NCBI GenBank assembly: GCA_964618415.1
Contig: CAZUAT010000007.1
Coordinates: forward strand, 929 to 64,928
Direction of reading: 5' to 3'
Source: an uncultured Thermoanaerobaculia bacterium
GTDB lineage: Bacteria; Acidobacteriota; Thermoanaerobaculia; Multivoradales; JAGPDF01
DNA: 64,000 bases
Below, piece after piece: positions 8,814 to 18,133 of the stretch. A model generated the notes under the pieces. That model saw nothing but the letters and a program-made list of their open reading frames with translations. It did no database searches and had not been told where the DNA came from. Every line of letters begins with the position of its first letter. The first letter of the stretch is position 1. The position numbers and the translations under genes were made by a program.

Positions 8814-8836
8814 CGGCCGATGATACCGTCGCCCCG
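8814..8836. promoter_or_regulatory. 23-bp divergent intergenic region with overlapping -10 hexamers (two leaderless starts)
   Basis: Plus strand: TGaTACCGT (8821-8829), 7 nt, ATG 8837. Minus strand: TATCAT (8825-8820), 6 nt, ATG 8813. No room for an SD sequence. Confidence 0.65.
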
Positions 8837-9820
8837 ATGGGCGATCGGTCGGACTGGTTGGAAGCATCCGGACAAGACATGCAGGTGTTGCGCCGAGGCA
8901 GTGCGCTTGCGGTCGCGCCCGCGGCCGAGCAACTGGCGCTCACCGGCCCGGACGCGGCGCGCTTCCTCAACGGCTACGTGACCTGCGACGTGGCGCGGAT
9001 GACACCGGGACAGGCCTCGCGCGGCTTTCTCACCGGCCTCAAGGGGCAGGTGCTGTCCGATCTGGACCTGCTCGTCGAGGTCGACGGAGTGAGGCTGCGC
9101 CTCCCGGCCGGCTACGGCGCCCGAGTTCGCGAGCATCTGGCTCGCTATCAGCTCGCCGACCGTTTCGAGCTGTCGGCCGCCGAGCCGCTCGAGCGACTGC
9201 TCCTGCGGGGTGAAACCGCGCCCGCGACGCTGGCGGCGGCCGAACTGCCGGCGCCCGAGACGGGAAAGCACGGTACCGGAGCGGGCCTCACCGTCGTCCG
9301 TACCGCGCGACCCGGCGAGCCCCGTTTCGAGCTGTGGGGAGAGCACGCTCCTCTGTCTGCCGCGCGAACGGCGCTCACCGCTGCCGGGGTTGTTGGGGTG
9401 GACCCGGTGGTGTTCGAGGTGGCGCGCGTCGAGGACGGCGAACTCGCGTTCGGCGTGGACTACGGCGACGACGCGTTTCCCCAGGAGAGCGGCGATCTGG
9501 ATGCAGTCAGCTTCACGAAAGGCTGCTACCTCGGGCAGGAGGTGGTGGCCCGCATCCATTACCGGGGCGGCGTGCAGCGGGTGCCCCGACGGCTGCTGTT
9601 TCCGCAGGAGGTCGCCCTGGCAGGCGACCCGCGCGGCCGGGTGTTGCTGCACGAGGGCCGGCCGGCTGGCACCGTCACCTCGGCCGTCGGCTCACCGGAG
9701 TTGGGCCGGATCGGCCTCGCCCTGGTGCACCGCCGGGTCGGCGAGCCGCCGCTGCGGCTGGAGCTCGAAGGCGGCGGCGCGGTCGAGCTGTTCGCGCTGC
9801 CCGATCCGCCCGCCGCCTGA
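8837..9820 (+). CDS. ygfZ: YgfZ/GcvT-family folate-binding protein
   Basis: LALTGPDAARFLNGYVTCDV; signature VSFTKGCYLGQEVVARIHYRG. Confidence 0.88.
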   Translation: MGDRSDWLEASGQDMQVLRRGSALAVAPAAEQLALTGPDAARFLNGYVTCDVARMTPGQASRGFLTGLKGQVLSDLDLLVEVDGVRLRLPAGYGARVREHLARYQLADRFELSAAEPLERLLLRGETAPATLAAAELPAPETGKHGTGAGLTVVRTARPGEPRFELWGEHAPLSAARTALTAAGVVGVDPVVFEVARVEDGELAFGVDYGDDAFPQESGDLDAVSFTKGCYLGQEVVARIHYRGGVQRVPRRLLFPQEVALAGDPRGRVLLHEGRPAGTVTSAVGSPELGRIGLALVHRRVGEPPLRLELEGGGAVELFALPDPPAA

Positions 9821-9829
9821 GCGTCGCCG

Positions 9830-10456
9830 TCAGCGCTCGCGAGCGTGCTGGAAGCGGAAGACTGCCGCCGCCGCCGCCGCGCCGACCAGTTGCGCGGCGA
9901 GGTAGACCCACCAGGTGGAGAAGCGGAACAGTCCCATGAACGCGCCACCCAGCCAGACGGCGGGGTTGAAGGCACCGCCGGACACGTCGCCGACCGCCAG
10001 GGCACCCACCAGCACCGTGAATCCGATGGCGAGGCCGAAGTAGGAGTTGCCGGACGTCGCCTTGGCGGTCGCGACGTTGAGCACCACCAGGCAGAGGGCA
10101 AAGGTGAACAGGAACTCGGCGACCAGGACGACGCCGGTGGCGCCCGCGTTGGCCGCCACTGCGGCGTCGGGGCGCAGGTAGTCGACGACGAACGCCGCCA
10201 GTCCGGCACCGACCGCCTGGAAGAACCAGTACGAGCCCACGTCGGCGTTCGAGATTCCGCCGCGCAGCCGGACGGCGAGCGACACCGCGGGGTTGTAGTG
10301 GCCCCCGGAGATGTGACCCCCGGCATAGACCATCACCATCAGGGCGCTGCCGATGGCGAGCGGGGCAAGAACGCCGGCGCCGCCGCCGATCACCGTGCAG
10401 CCGACCGTAAGGACGAGGAAGAAGGTGCCGATCAGCTCGGTCAGGTACTTGTTCAT
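9830..10456 (-). CDS. Aquaporin/MIP-family channel
   Basis: MNKYLTELIGTFFLV; two NPA motifs (SGGHYNPAV, GGAFNPAV); six hydrophobic segments; GGAGG SD. Confidence 0.92.
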   Translation of the reverse strand: MNKYLTELIGTFFLVLTVGCTVIGGGAGVLAPLAIGSALMVMVYAGGHISGGHYNPAVSLAVRLRGGISNADVGSYWFFQAVGAGLAAFVVDYLRPDAAVAANAGATGVVLVAEFLFTFALCLVVLNVATAKATSGNSYFGLAIGFTVLVGALAVGDVSGGAFNPAVWLGGAFMGLFRFSTWWVYLAAQLVGAAAAAAVFRFQHARER

Positions 10457-10649
10457 GGTGCGATCCACTCCCTCCATGCCGGCGCACCGGTTTAGTCCGG
10501 TCCGCACACTCGCTCGCAGCGGTGCCTCGACGTGGCGGCGGGTCGTCAGGCCCCGTCTCGGCCTGCCGCCGCGTCGCCGCGCGCTTGCTGACTCGTTTCC
10601 GCACTCGATCCTACCGCTCGCAGGGCGCGGAGCGACTAGACTCGCCGGC

Positions 10650-11582
10650 ATGACTGCTGTGCTCCGCGGGCTCACTCTCGGTCTGATGGTCTTTCTGGCC
10701 GGTGCTGCGGCCGCGTCGGCCTGGAACGGCAAGACCCACCGCCAGGTGGCCGAGGTCGCGGCGACGCGCCTGCCCGGGGATCTGCCGGCTTTTCTGCGGA
10801 CGGCCGGTCCGGCCCTGGGGCGCGCCGCGATCGACCCGGATGTCTGGCGAAATGAAGCGACGTCCGCTCTGCGTGCGGCTACTCGCGCCGACCACTACTT
10901 CGATCTCGAGCGCGTCGAGACAGCCGGCTGGCCCGAACGCCGGCACACCTACCTGGCGCGCCTCGGAACGGCGGGCCACGATGCCGGCTGGACGGGCACG
11001 CTGCCACTTGCCATCGCCGAGCATTCCGACCGGCTGGCGCTGGCGCTGGCCGAGTACCGCTGCTGGCCCGACGACGCGGCGATCCGGGCGCGGGTGATCG
11101 AGACCGCCGGCGTGCTGGCGCACTTCGCGGCCGATCTGCAGCAGCCGCTGCACACCTCGATCCATCACGACGGTCGGGCGCGCCCGGACGGCAGCTCGCC
11201 GGGCGACGGCAGCCATGTCTGGAGCGACCGGCTGATCGAATGGGCGATCGACGATCCGCATCGTGTGGCGCGCCGCGTGGAGCCGCTTCAGATCGTCGAC
11301 GTGGCGACCGCGACCCGCACTCAGCTCGAAGCGAGTCACGCCAAGCTGGATCGCGCCTACACCGCGGTGGCGCTCGCGCGCGAAGCGGAGCGGGGCCGGG
11401 CGCCGCGCGAGCTGCGGCGCTATGCCGAGGAGCGCCTGCGCGCCGCGGTGGCGTTCGTGGCGGGACTCTGGATCGAGGCCTGGCAGCGGTCGGAGCGCAT
11501 CGAGCTGCCGGGCTGGTTGCCGGCGGCGCGCGGCGAGGCAGCTCGGCCGGCCTGCAGCAGCTTCAGCCCGGCCCGCGACTGA
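10650..11582 (+). CDS. Secreted S1/P1 nuclease / zinc-dependent phospholipase C fold protein
   Basis: Signal peptide followed by mature N-terminus WNGKTH (W-x4-H zinc ligands), PD, DHYFD, G.LP, HFAADLQQPLH. TAGACT 7 nt before the ATG. Confidence 0.75.
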   Translation: MTAVLRGLTLGLMVFLAGAAAASAWNGKTHRQVAEVAATRLPGDLPAFLRTAGPALGRAAIDPDVWRNEATSALRAATRADHYFDLERVETAGWPERRHTYLARLGTAGHDAGWTGTLPLAIAEHSDRLALALAEYRCWPDDAAIRARVIETAGVLAHFAADLQQPLHTSIHHDGRARPDGSSPGDGSHVWSDRLIEWAIDDPHRVARRVEPLQIVDVATATRTQLEASHAKLDRAYTAVALAREAERGRAPRELRRYAEERLRAAVAFVAGLWIEAWQRSERIELPGWLPAARGEAARPACSSFSPARD

Positions 11583-11603
11583 CTCGAAAGGGAGGCCGCG
11601 GTC

Positions 11604-11987
11604 TCAGACCGCGAACGAGTGGCCGCAGCCGCAGGAACCGGTCGCCTTCGGATTGAGGAACTTGAAGCCGGCGCCGGCCATGCCGAAGACGTAGTCGATC
11701 GTCACGCCTTCGAGGTAGCGGGCGCTGACCGGATCGACGAAGACACGCAGCCCGTCGACGGTGAAGACGTGGTCGTTGTCGCGCGCCTGCTGGTCGAAGT
11801 CGAGGGCGTACTGAAAGCCGCTGCAGCCGCCGCCCATGACGCCGACGCGCAGGCCGAAGCTGTCGTCCATCCCCTCCTGATCGCGCGTCGTCTTGACCAT
11901 TTCCACCGCCTTGGCGGTGAGCGTGAGGATCGGCGCGTCGGTCTCGGCGGGCGCGGGAGTGCTGGTCGTCGGCATAGCGGTGTCCAT
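11604..11987 (-). CDS. HesB/IscA/ErpA-family Fe-S cluster assembly protein
   Basis: LTLTAKAV, LRVGVMGGGCSGFQY, FLNPKATGSCGCGHSF; AGGAG SD before ATG 11987. Confidence 0.93.
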   Translation of the reverse strand: MDTAMPTTSTPAPAETDAPILTLTAKAVEMVKTTRDQEGMDDSFGLRVGVMGGGCSGFQYALDFDQQARDNDHVFTVDGLRVFVDPVSARYLEGVTIDYVFGMAGAGFKFLNPKATGSCGCGHSFAV

Positions 11988-12133
11988 CGGCGGTACTCCT
12001 TCCGGACTCTGCAACGGCCCCCGCGCCGCGTTTGTTCCCGGTGCCGCGGCGGCGGGCTTCGGCTGTCGGGGAGTCTACCAGCCGACCCGGGCGCGGTCGC
12101 CGCCTGTCCGGACGGGGCGGTACAATGCGAGGC

Positions 12134-12622
12134 GTGATTCGAGCGATCCTCTTCGGGTTCCACGGCGCGCTGTTCGACGACGGGCCGCACGAGGCCGACC
12201 TGCGGCCGGCCGCCGGGGCGGGGGAGATCGTCCGCGCCGCGGCCGCGGTCGGCCTGCCGCTCGGCGTGGTGACCCGCGCCGAGCGGGCCGAGGTGCGGGC
12301 GGCGCTCGATCGGGCCGGGCTCGGCAGTCAGTTCAAGACCCTGGTCACCGGCGAGGATGTCGGGCGCGAACTGCCCGACCCGGAGGCGTTCGAGCTGGCC
12401 CTGATGGCGCTCAACGCGGAACCGCCGCTGCCCGAGCGGATCATCCACCCGCACGAGGTGCTGGCGATCGGCAGTCGGCCCGACGCGCTGGCGGCAGCGA
12501 GGCAGGCCGGGATGCAGACGGTCGCGGTCGGCCGGGCGGGCGATCCGCGGCTGTCGGATGCCGATCAGGTGGTGGCGTTTCTGTGTGAGATTCCGCTCGC
12601 GCGGCTGGCCGCGGCGAGCTGA
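12134..12622 (+). CDS. HAD-superfamily hydrolase-like protein, catalytic motif I degenerate, cap largely missing
   Basis: MIRAILFGFHGALFDD (DxD replaced by GxH), LGVVT, VTGEDVGRELPDPE, LAIGSRPDALAAARQAGM. TACAAT 7 nt before GTG 12134; alternative ATG 12125. Confidence 0.75.
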   Translation: MIRAILFGFHGALFDDGPHEADLRPAAGAGEIVRAAAAVGLPLGVVTRAERAEVRAALDRAGLGSQFKTLVTGEDVGRELPDPEAFELALMALNAEPPLPERIIHPHEVLAIGSRPDALAAARQAGMQTVAVGRAGDPRLSDADQVVAFLCEIPLARLAAAS

Positions 12623-12659
12623 CGGCCCCAGGGCACAGGCCCGCCCGGGTAGTCGAGCT

Positions 12660-12998
12660 TCAGGCGACCGGCACGCGGCCGTCGAACCCTTCTTCGTAGC
12701 CGTGGAAATGCCCGATCGTCGGCTCCGGGTACCGCCAGCAGAACCAGCCGTCCCCCGAATCCCAGTCGACCAGCCACGGCCCTTTGACCGCGCAGCCGAT
12801 CGATTCGATCTCCAGCGTCCACTGCTCGACGACCTGCTGGCAGGCGGTCTCGAACTCGGCGCGTCGGGCCTCGACGTCGGCGCGGCTGCGCAGGCCGTTG
12901 CTGAGCGCGGCCATCTGCTGCACCGCCGCTTCGGTTCGATCGCGGACCACGGGGAAGATGGCGAGCGCTTCGTCGTAGCTGAACACGCGGCGCGACAT
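12660..12998 (-). CDS. DUF2203-family protein
   Basis: RVFSYDEALAIFP ... IGCAVKGPWLVDW ... FCWRYPEPTIGHFHGYEEGFDGRVPV; extended -10 TGcTATCCT 8 nt before the ATG. Confidence 0.8.
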   Translation of the reverse strand: MSRRVFSYDEALAIFPVVRDRTEAAVQQMAALSNGLRSRADVEARRAEFETACQQVVEQWTLEIESIGCAVKGPWLVDWDSGDGWFCWRYPEPTIGHFHGYEEGFDGRVPVA

Positions 12999-13073
12999 CG
13001 CGGCGCAGGATAGCATCCGCACCCGTCGCGCCCGGCCGCCGGCCGCCGGCCGCTGCGACTGCGGACGAAAGGG

Positions 13074-13643
13074 ATGAAACTGCACCGACTCGATGGCGCC
13101 CCCGGACGGATCGAAGTGATCGCCGGCGGCATGTTCTCCGGCAAGAGCGAGGAGCTGGTTCGCCGCCTGCGGCGCGCGGCGATCGCGCGCCAGCGGGTCC
13201 AGGTGTTCAAGCCGCTCGCCGATACGCGGCACGGCGCGGACCGGTTGATCACCCGCGACCTGCGGGAGCTGGAAGCCGAAAGCGTGGCTGACGCGACAGC
13301 GCTGCGGGCCCGCCTCCGCCTGGGAGTCCAGGTCGTCGGCGTCGACGAAGCCCAGTTCTTCGACGCGGGGCTGGCCGATCTCGCCACCGAACTGGCCGAT
13401 CACGGGGTGCGTGTCATCGTGGCGGGCCTGGATCAGGACTTCGATCGCCGGCCGTTCGGCCCGATGCCACGGCTGCTGGCCCTGGCCGAACTGGTCGACA
13501 AGATGCACGCCGTCTGCGTGCGCTGTGGCGCTCCGGCGCACTACAGCCAGCGGATTGCCGGCGGCGCCGACCAGGTTCAGGTCGGCGACGTCGAGTCGTA
13601 CGAGGCCCGCTGCCGCGCCTGCTTCGAGCCGTGGTCGGGCTGA
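13074..13643 (+). CDS. tdk: Thymidine kinase
   Basis: GGMFSGKSEEL, VQVFKP..DTR, VGVDEAQFF, VIVAGLDQDF...PFG, C-terminal CVRC ... YEARCRAC zinc site. Confidence 0.96.
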   Translation: MKLHRLDGAPGRIEVIAGGMFSGKSEELVRRLRRAAIARQRVQVFKPLADTRHGADRLITRDLRELEAESVADATALRARLRLGVQVVGVDEAQFFDAGLADLATELADHGVRVIVAGLDQDFDRRPFGPMPRLLALAELVDKMHAVCVRCGAPAHYSQRIAGGADQVQVGDVESYEARCRACFEPWSG

Positions 13644-13720
13644 ACCGACGGCACCCGCAGAACCGGATCCGACCCCGCTGCGTATAGACGGGTACACTGG
13701 CGGCCCCAGCGGGCCGACAC

Positions 13721-13753
13721 CCCGATCCCGATCCCGATCCCGGTCCCGGTCCC
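13721..13753. repeat. Intergenic hexamer tandem repeat (CCCGAT)3(CCCGGT)2CCC
   Basis: Read directly from the sequence; lies between tdk and the TPR lipoprotein gene. Confidence 0.85.
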
Positions 13754-13810
13754 CGCGCGATCCAGACGACGCGCTGCGATGCCCGCGACCTCTGCTCTGG
13801 AGACTCTCCG

Positions 13811-15484
13811 ATGCAACTGAGATTGCTGACCCTCGGCCTGTCCGCCCTGTTCCCGCTGCTCGCCTGTGCCCCTGCCCCGCCGCCTTCCGCCCCCGAGTCG
13901 GCCGCCCCGGTGGCCGACGCCGCGGCGAGTGACGGCTTCGGCGCCCACCGTCGCCCGGTGACCACCAGTTCGGAGGCGGCACAGGCAGAGTTCGACCGCG
14001 GGCTCGCATGGCTGTACGGGTTCAACCACGACGAGGCGATTCGCGCCTTCACCCGGGCCGCCGAGCTCGACCCGAGCTGCGCGATGGCCTGGTGGGGGAT
14101 CGCCTACGCCCACGGGCCCCACATCAACAACGCCGCGGTCCCGCCGGAACGGGCCGAGGCGGCCTGGGCCGCTCTTGCCGAGGCACGCCGGCACGCCCCG
14201 GCCGGCACGCCGGTCGAGCAGGCACTGATCGAGGCGCTCGGTCACCGCTACTCCGCCGAGCCGGTCGAGGATCGCGCGCCGCTCGACGCCGCCTTTGCCG
14301 AGGCGATGCGCGGCGTGCGCCGGCTGGCGCCGGACGATGCAGACGTCGGCTCTCTGACTGCCGAAGCACTCATGAACCTCCATCCGTGGGACCTCTGGAT
14401 GGCCGACGGCACACCGCAGCCTTGGACTCCCGAGATCGTGACCCTGCTCGAAGAGGTCCTGACTCAGGCGCCGCGGCATCCGCTCGCCACCCACCTGTAC
14501 ATCCACGCCGTCGAAGCCTCGAACGAGCCCGGTCGCGCCGACGCGGCTGCCGACGCGCTGCGCGATCTCGTGCCGGCGGTCGGGCACCTGGTGCACATGC
14601 CGTCCCACATCGACGTACGGCGGGGCCGGTGGCGGGAGGCGATCGAGGCCAACACGCTCGCCATGGCTGCCGACCACACCTACGAACAGCGCCAGCCGGG
14701 CCAGCAGTTCTACCGCGTCTACATGGCGCACAACCACCACATGCGGGCGTTCGCCGCGATGATGATCGGGCGCAGTGAGCTGGCGCTCGCCAGCGTGCGC
14801 GAGATGGTGGCCGAGATGCCGACCGAGTGGCTGCAGGCCAACGCGCTCGCGGCCGACGGCTGGTACGCGATGCCGATCGAAGTCCTGATGCGATTCGGGC
14901 GCTGGGAGGAGATCCTGGCCGAGCCGGAGCCGCCGGCATGGCTGCCGCTGTCGCGGGCCCTGCGCCACTACGCGCGCGGCGTCGCGCTGGCCGCTCGCGG
15001 CGAGATCGAAGCCGCGCGCGCCGAGCAGGAGGCGTTCGAGGCCGGACGCAGCGCCGTGCCCGAGGAGGCCACGTTCGGCAACAACGCCTCCCACGCCCTG
15101 CTCGGCGTCGCGGCGGCGCTGCTCGATGGCGAGATTCTCGTGCGAGCTGGCGAGCTCGAGCGGGGCATCGAGCGCCTGCGCGAGGCGGTCGCCCTCGAGG
15201 ATCAGCTGCGCTACGACGAACCGCCGGACTGGATTCAGCCGGTGCGGCACGCTTTGGGAGCGGTGCTGCTGGCGGCCGGTCGGCCGGAGGAGGCCGAAGC
15301 GGTGTTCCGCGCCGACCTGGAGCGCCTGCCGGGCAACGGCTGGTCGCTCTATGGCATGGGGCGGGCGCTGCGCCTCCAGGGACGCGACGCGGAAGCGGAG
15401 CGCTGGGAGGCCGACTTCGAAGCGGCGTGGGCGGGGGCCGACGTGCGCATCGATTCGCCCTGCTTCTGTCAGCGCGGGGTCTGA
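13811..15484 (+). CDS. TPR-repeat lipoprotein
   Basis: Lipobox PLLA-C; AQAEFDRGLAWLYGFNHDEA; conserved HLYIHAVEAS and GHLVHMPSHI blocks; EDQLRYDEPPDW; ends SPCFCQ. Confidence 0.8.
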   Translation: MQLRLLTLGLSALFPLLACAPAPPPSAPESAAPVADAAASDGFGAHRRPVTTSSEAAQAEFDRGLAWLYGFNHDEAIRAFTRAAELDPSCAMAWWGIAYAHGPHINNAAVPPERAEAAWAALAEARRHAPAGTPVEQALIEALGHRYSAEPVEDRAPLDAAFAEAMRGVRRLAPDDADVGSLTAEALMNLHPWDLWMADGTPQPWTPEIVTLLEEVLTQAPRHPLATHLYIHAVEASNEPGRADAAADALRDLVPAVGHLVHMPSHIDVRRGRWREAIEANTLAMAADHTYEQRQPGQQFYRVYMAHNHHMRAFAAMMIGRSELALASVREMVAEMPTEWLQANALAADGWYAMPIEVLMRFGRWEEILAEPEPPAWLPLSRALRHYARGVALAARGEIEAARAEQEAFEAGRSAVPEEATFGNNASHALLGVAAALLDGEILVRAGELERGIERLREAVALEDQLRYDEPPDWIQPVRHALGAVLLAAGRPEEAEAVFRADLERLPGNGWSLYGMGRALRLQGRDAEAERWEADFEAAWAGADVRIDSPCFCQRGV

Positions 15485-15507
15485 GCCGGCCGGCGCGCGA
15501 CCCGCGG

Positions 15508-15909
15508 TCAGCCCGCTGGTCGCGCGAGCGGCAGGGGCCGTCCGTCCTGGCCGACGTGCACGAACACCACGTCGGCCTCGGTCACCTTCACCCGCGGCCC
15601 GCCGGCGTGGCCGCGCTCGGCCTCGACTTCGACGTGGACGGTGATCGAGGTCGTGCCGAGCCGCACGGTAGAGGTCCAGAACGAGACCAGGTCGCCCACG
15701 AAAACGGGGGCATGGAAGACGACCTCGCGCATCGAAACCGTCACGATGCGGCCCGGGCTGTGCCGATGTGCTTCGACGGCGCCCGCCTGGTCGATATACG
15801 AGAGGATCACGCCGCCGAAAATCGTCCCCAGCGCGTTGGTGTCCTTCGGCATCATGATGACGCGGATAGCCGGGATGCGCGGCCCCGGGGCGATGGCGTT
15901 GTCGGTCAT
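15508..15909 (-). CDS. Acyl-CoA thioesterase (hotdog fold, YciA-like)
   Basis: MMPKDTNALGTIFGGVILSYIDQAG, VTVSMREVVFHAPVFVGD, GTTSITV. Confidence 0.92.
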   Translation of the reverse strand: MTDNAIAPGPRIPAIRVIMMPKDTNALGTIFGGVILSYIDQAGAVEAHRHSPGRIVTVSMREVVFHAPVFVGDLVSFWTSTVRLGTTSITVHVEVEAERGHAGGPRVKVTEADVVFVHVGQDGRPLPLARPAG

Positions 15910-15949
15910 CTCGACTCCGGCTGACAGGGAAATGGTGGCTCGAAGGCGG

Positions 15950-16465
15950 TCAGATGGCGACCGAGCGATCGCGCGGCACGGCGCGCAGCGCCAGCGTGAC
16001 GGCGTCCTCCGCCGACCGCGCGTGGGACAGCAGCGGATCCGTGAGGCCGTCGGGCCGGTTCAGATTCCAGCTGCGCAGGGCCACGACGGGAACGCGCGAC
16101 TTGAGTGCGGCGGCAATCTCCGCCAGGGTGCCCCAGCCGCCGCCGATGGCGATCACTGCGGACACCGACAGCACGACGGTGAGATGGCGCGCCTCGCCCA
16201 TGCCCGAGTAGAGGACTACGTCGAGCAGCTCCCCGGGTGGCGAGGCGGCGGAGTCGACGCCGGGCAGAACGCCGATCGTCCGGCCGCCCTGCTCGCGGGC
16301 GCCTCGACAGGCCGCCTCCATGACTCCGCTGCTGCCACCGCAGACCAGCGCCGCGCCTTCGCGCGCCAGCCCGGCGCCGACTGCATGGGCGAGCTCGGCA
16401 GTCGGGCCGTCACACGCGGCAGCGCCGACGACGGCGATCTGAATCGGGCGGGACACCGGGCGCAT
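15950..16465 (-). CDS. TIGR00725-family (LOG/SLOG-like) protein
   Basis: IAVVGA, LVCGGSSGVMEAACRGA...GGRTIGVLP, GMGEAR, VIAIGGGWGTLAEI. Confidence 0.85.
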   Translation of the reverse strand: MRPVSRPIQIAVVGAAACDGPTAELAHAVGAGLAREGAALVCGGSSGVMEAACRGAREQGGRTIGVLPGVDSAASPPGELLDVVLYSGMGEARHLTVVLSVSAVIAIGGGWGTLAEIAAALKSRVPVVALRSWNLNRPDGLTDPLLSHARSAEDAVTLALRAVPRDRSVAI

Positions 16466-16511
16466 GCTATCGTAGCGACGTCTCCGGTAGTCATTGCACG
16501 GAAGTCATCCG

Positions 16512-17105
16512 ATGCCCGCGGCTCCCGCTTCTCCGGCACCGCTCCGCGCGGTCGACGACCTCTCGCTGGTGCGTCAGATGGCGCGCCGCGAGCCGGCGGC
16601 CCTGGCCGAGCTCTACGATCGCTTCGGAGGGCTGCTGCTGGCCGTCATCCGACGGATTCTCGGCCCCGGCGGGGAGGTCGAAGAGGTCCTGCAGGACGCC
16701 TACCTCCAGGCCTGGATTCAGGCCGAGCGCTACGATCCCGTCCGTTCGTCGGTATCCACCTGGCTGGTGCTGATCGCCCGCAGCCGGGCGCTCGACCGCC
16801 TGCGCGCGCGTCGCAGCCGCGACCAGACGGCGGCCACTGCGGCGGCGGAGGCCGTCCACGAGACATCCGGCGAGGCCGAGTCCCACGTACTGCACAGCGA
16901 ACGTCGGCATCGGGTCCGCGAGGCACTCGCCGGCCTGCCGACCGAGCAGCGCGAGGTGCTCGAACTGGCATTTTTCGAGGGGTTGTCGCAGACCGAGATC
17001 GCCACCCGCACGGGGGCGCCGCTCGGGACCGTCAAGACACGCGCCCTGCTGGCGATGAAGAAGCTGCGCCAGGAGCTGCGCGACGACGTCCGGGAGTTGA
17101 TGTGA
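16512..17105 (+). CDS. ECF sigma-70 factor (SigK-like)
   Basis: ALAELYDRF, EEVLQDAYLQAW...RYDP, WLVLIARSRALDRLR, LELAFFEGLSQTEIA...PLGTVKTR. Alternative ATG 16494. Confidence 0.92.
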   Translation: MPAAPASPAPLRAVDDLSLVRQMARREPAALAELYDRFGGLLLAVIRRILGPGGEVEEVLQDAYLQAWIQAERYDPVRSSVSTWLVLIARSRALDRLRARRSRDQTAATAAAEAVHETSGEAESHVLHSERRHRVREALAGLPTEQREVLELAFFEGLSQTEIATRTGAPLGTVKTRALLAMKKLRQELRDDVRELM

Positions 17106-18028
17106 GCCCCGAGATCGATCCCGAAGAGACCGCCACCCTGGCCGTCCTGGCCGAACTCGGACGCATTCCGGGATCGGACGACACGCGGGTGATCTCTGGC
17201 GAGGACGAGGTCGTCGACGTGCTGCGCCGGCTCGACCTGGAGGCCATCGGTCTGCTGGCCTACGGGCTCGATGTGTCGCCTGCACCGGCGCACCTGCGCA
17301 CGCAGCTGCTCGAACGGCTGGCGGCGGACGAGACTCAGGACGTCGGACAGGCCGCCCGGGCGGCGATCACCGCCGGCCGGGAGCCGGAGGCGCCGCCGGT
17401 TGCCGAGGTTCGGACGCTGCCGGGGGCCGGCGGGCCGGTGGCCTGGGGCGGGTCGGGGGCCGTGCGGCGTCGCTCGTGGGCCCCGGCGCTCGCAGCGGTC
17501 TTCGCACTGCTGGCCATCGGCGCCGGCCTGGGCGCGTTCTGGCTTGCGTCCGAACTCTCCTCGGCGCAGGCCCGCCTGGCCCGGCTGGAGTCCGAGGTGG
17601 CGCGCATCGAGGCCGCCAGTGCGGCCGAGCGCGAGGCGACGCAGGCGAGGCTCGCCGCCTACGAGCGGCAGCGCGACTTCGTCACCAGCCGCGCCGCACT
17701 CGTCTTCGACCTGCGCCCGGCCGCCGGCGGCAGCCAGCCGACCGCGCGCGGGCGCCTCTGGGTGGCCGCCGACCACCAGCACTGGCAGCTGGACGTCGCC
17801 GGCCTGGCGCCGGCCCCTGCCGGCCGCGAGTACCAGCTCTGGTTCCTGGTCGACGGCGTACCGACCAGCGGCGGGACGTTTGCCGTCGAGGCCGGCCGGG
17901 GCGTGCTCGCCTCGGCTCAGATGCCGGCCGGCACGACCGGAGCCGTGGTCACGCTCGAACGCACCGGCGGGGTTGCGACCCCGACGACCCCGCGCCTGCT
18001 GCTGGCCGAACGCGCCGTCGATCTGTAG
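17102..18028 (+). CDS. RskA-family anti-sigma factor
   Basis: GTGA coupling to the sigma gene; PPAHLRTQLL; one transmembrane helix; coiled coil; C-terminal GLAPAPAGREYQLW ... AVVTLERTGG. Confidence 0.85.
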   Translation: MSPEIDPEETATLAVLAELGRIPGSDDTRVISGEDEVVDVLRRLDLEAIGLLAYGLDVSPAPAHLRTQLLERLAADETQDVGQAARAAITAGREPEAPPVAEVRTLPGAGGPVAWGGSGAVRRRSWAPALAAVFALLAIGAGLGAFWLASELSSAQARLARLESEVARIEAASAAEREATQARLAAYERQRDFVTSRAALVFDLRPAAGGSQPTARGRLWVAADHQHWQLDVAGLAPAPAGREYQLWFLVDGVPTSGGTFAVEAGRGVLASAQMPAGTTGAVVTLERTGGVATPTTPRLLLAERAVDL

Positions 18029-18046
18029 CGCCTGCGGGCGGGGCGG

Positions 18047-18087
18047 TGGACTGGTTCACGGTCCAGCTCGGCGCGCGCTGCTAGCCT
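18047..18087 (+). promoter_or_regulatory. Candidate operator palindrome plus extended -10 upstream of the GH44 gene
   Basis: TGGACTG-N5-CGGTCCA (18047-18065, one mismatch) and TGcTAGCCT (18079-18087). Confidence 0.4.
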
Positions 18088-18133
18088 GCTTGGTAGAACA
18101 CCCGCCCGGCGGTCTCCGCAGGAGGTCTTCCCG

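Noticed and set aside
7003-8981. ORFs 7005..8981 + and 7003..8970 -
   Set aside because: Shadows of the VWA gene, which has a signal peptide and a clear paralog.
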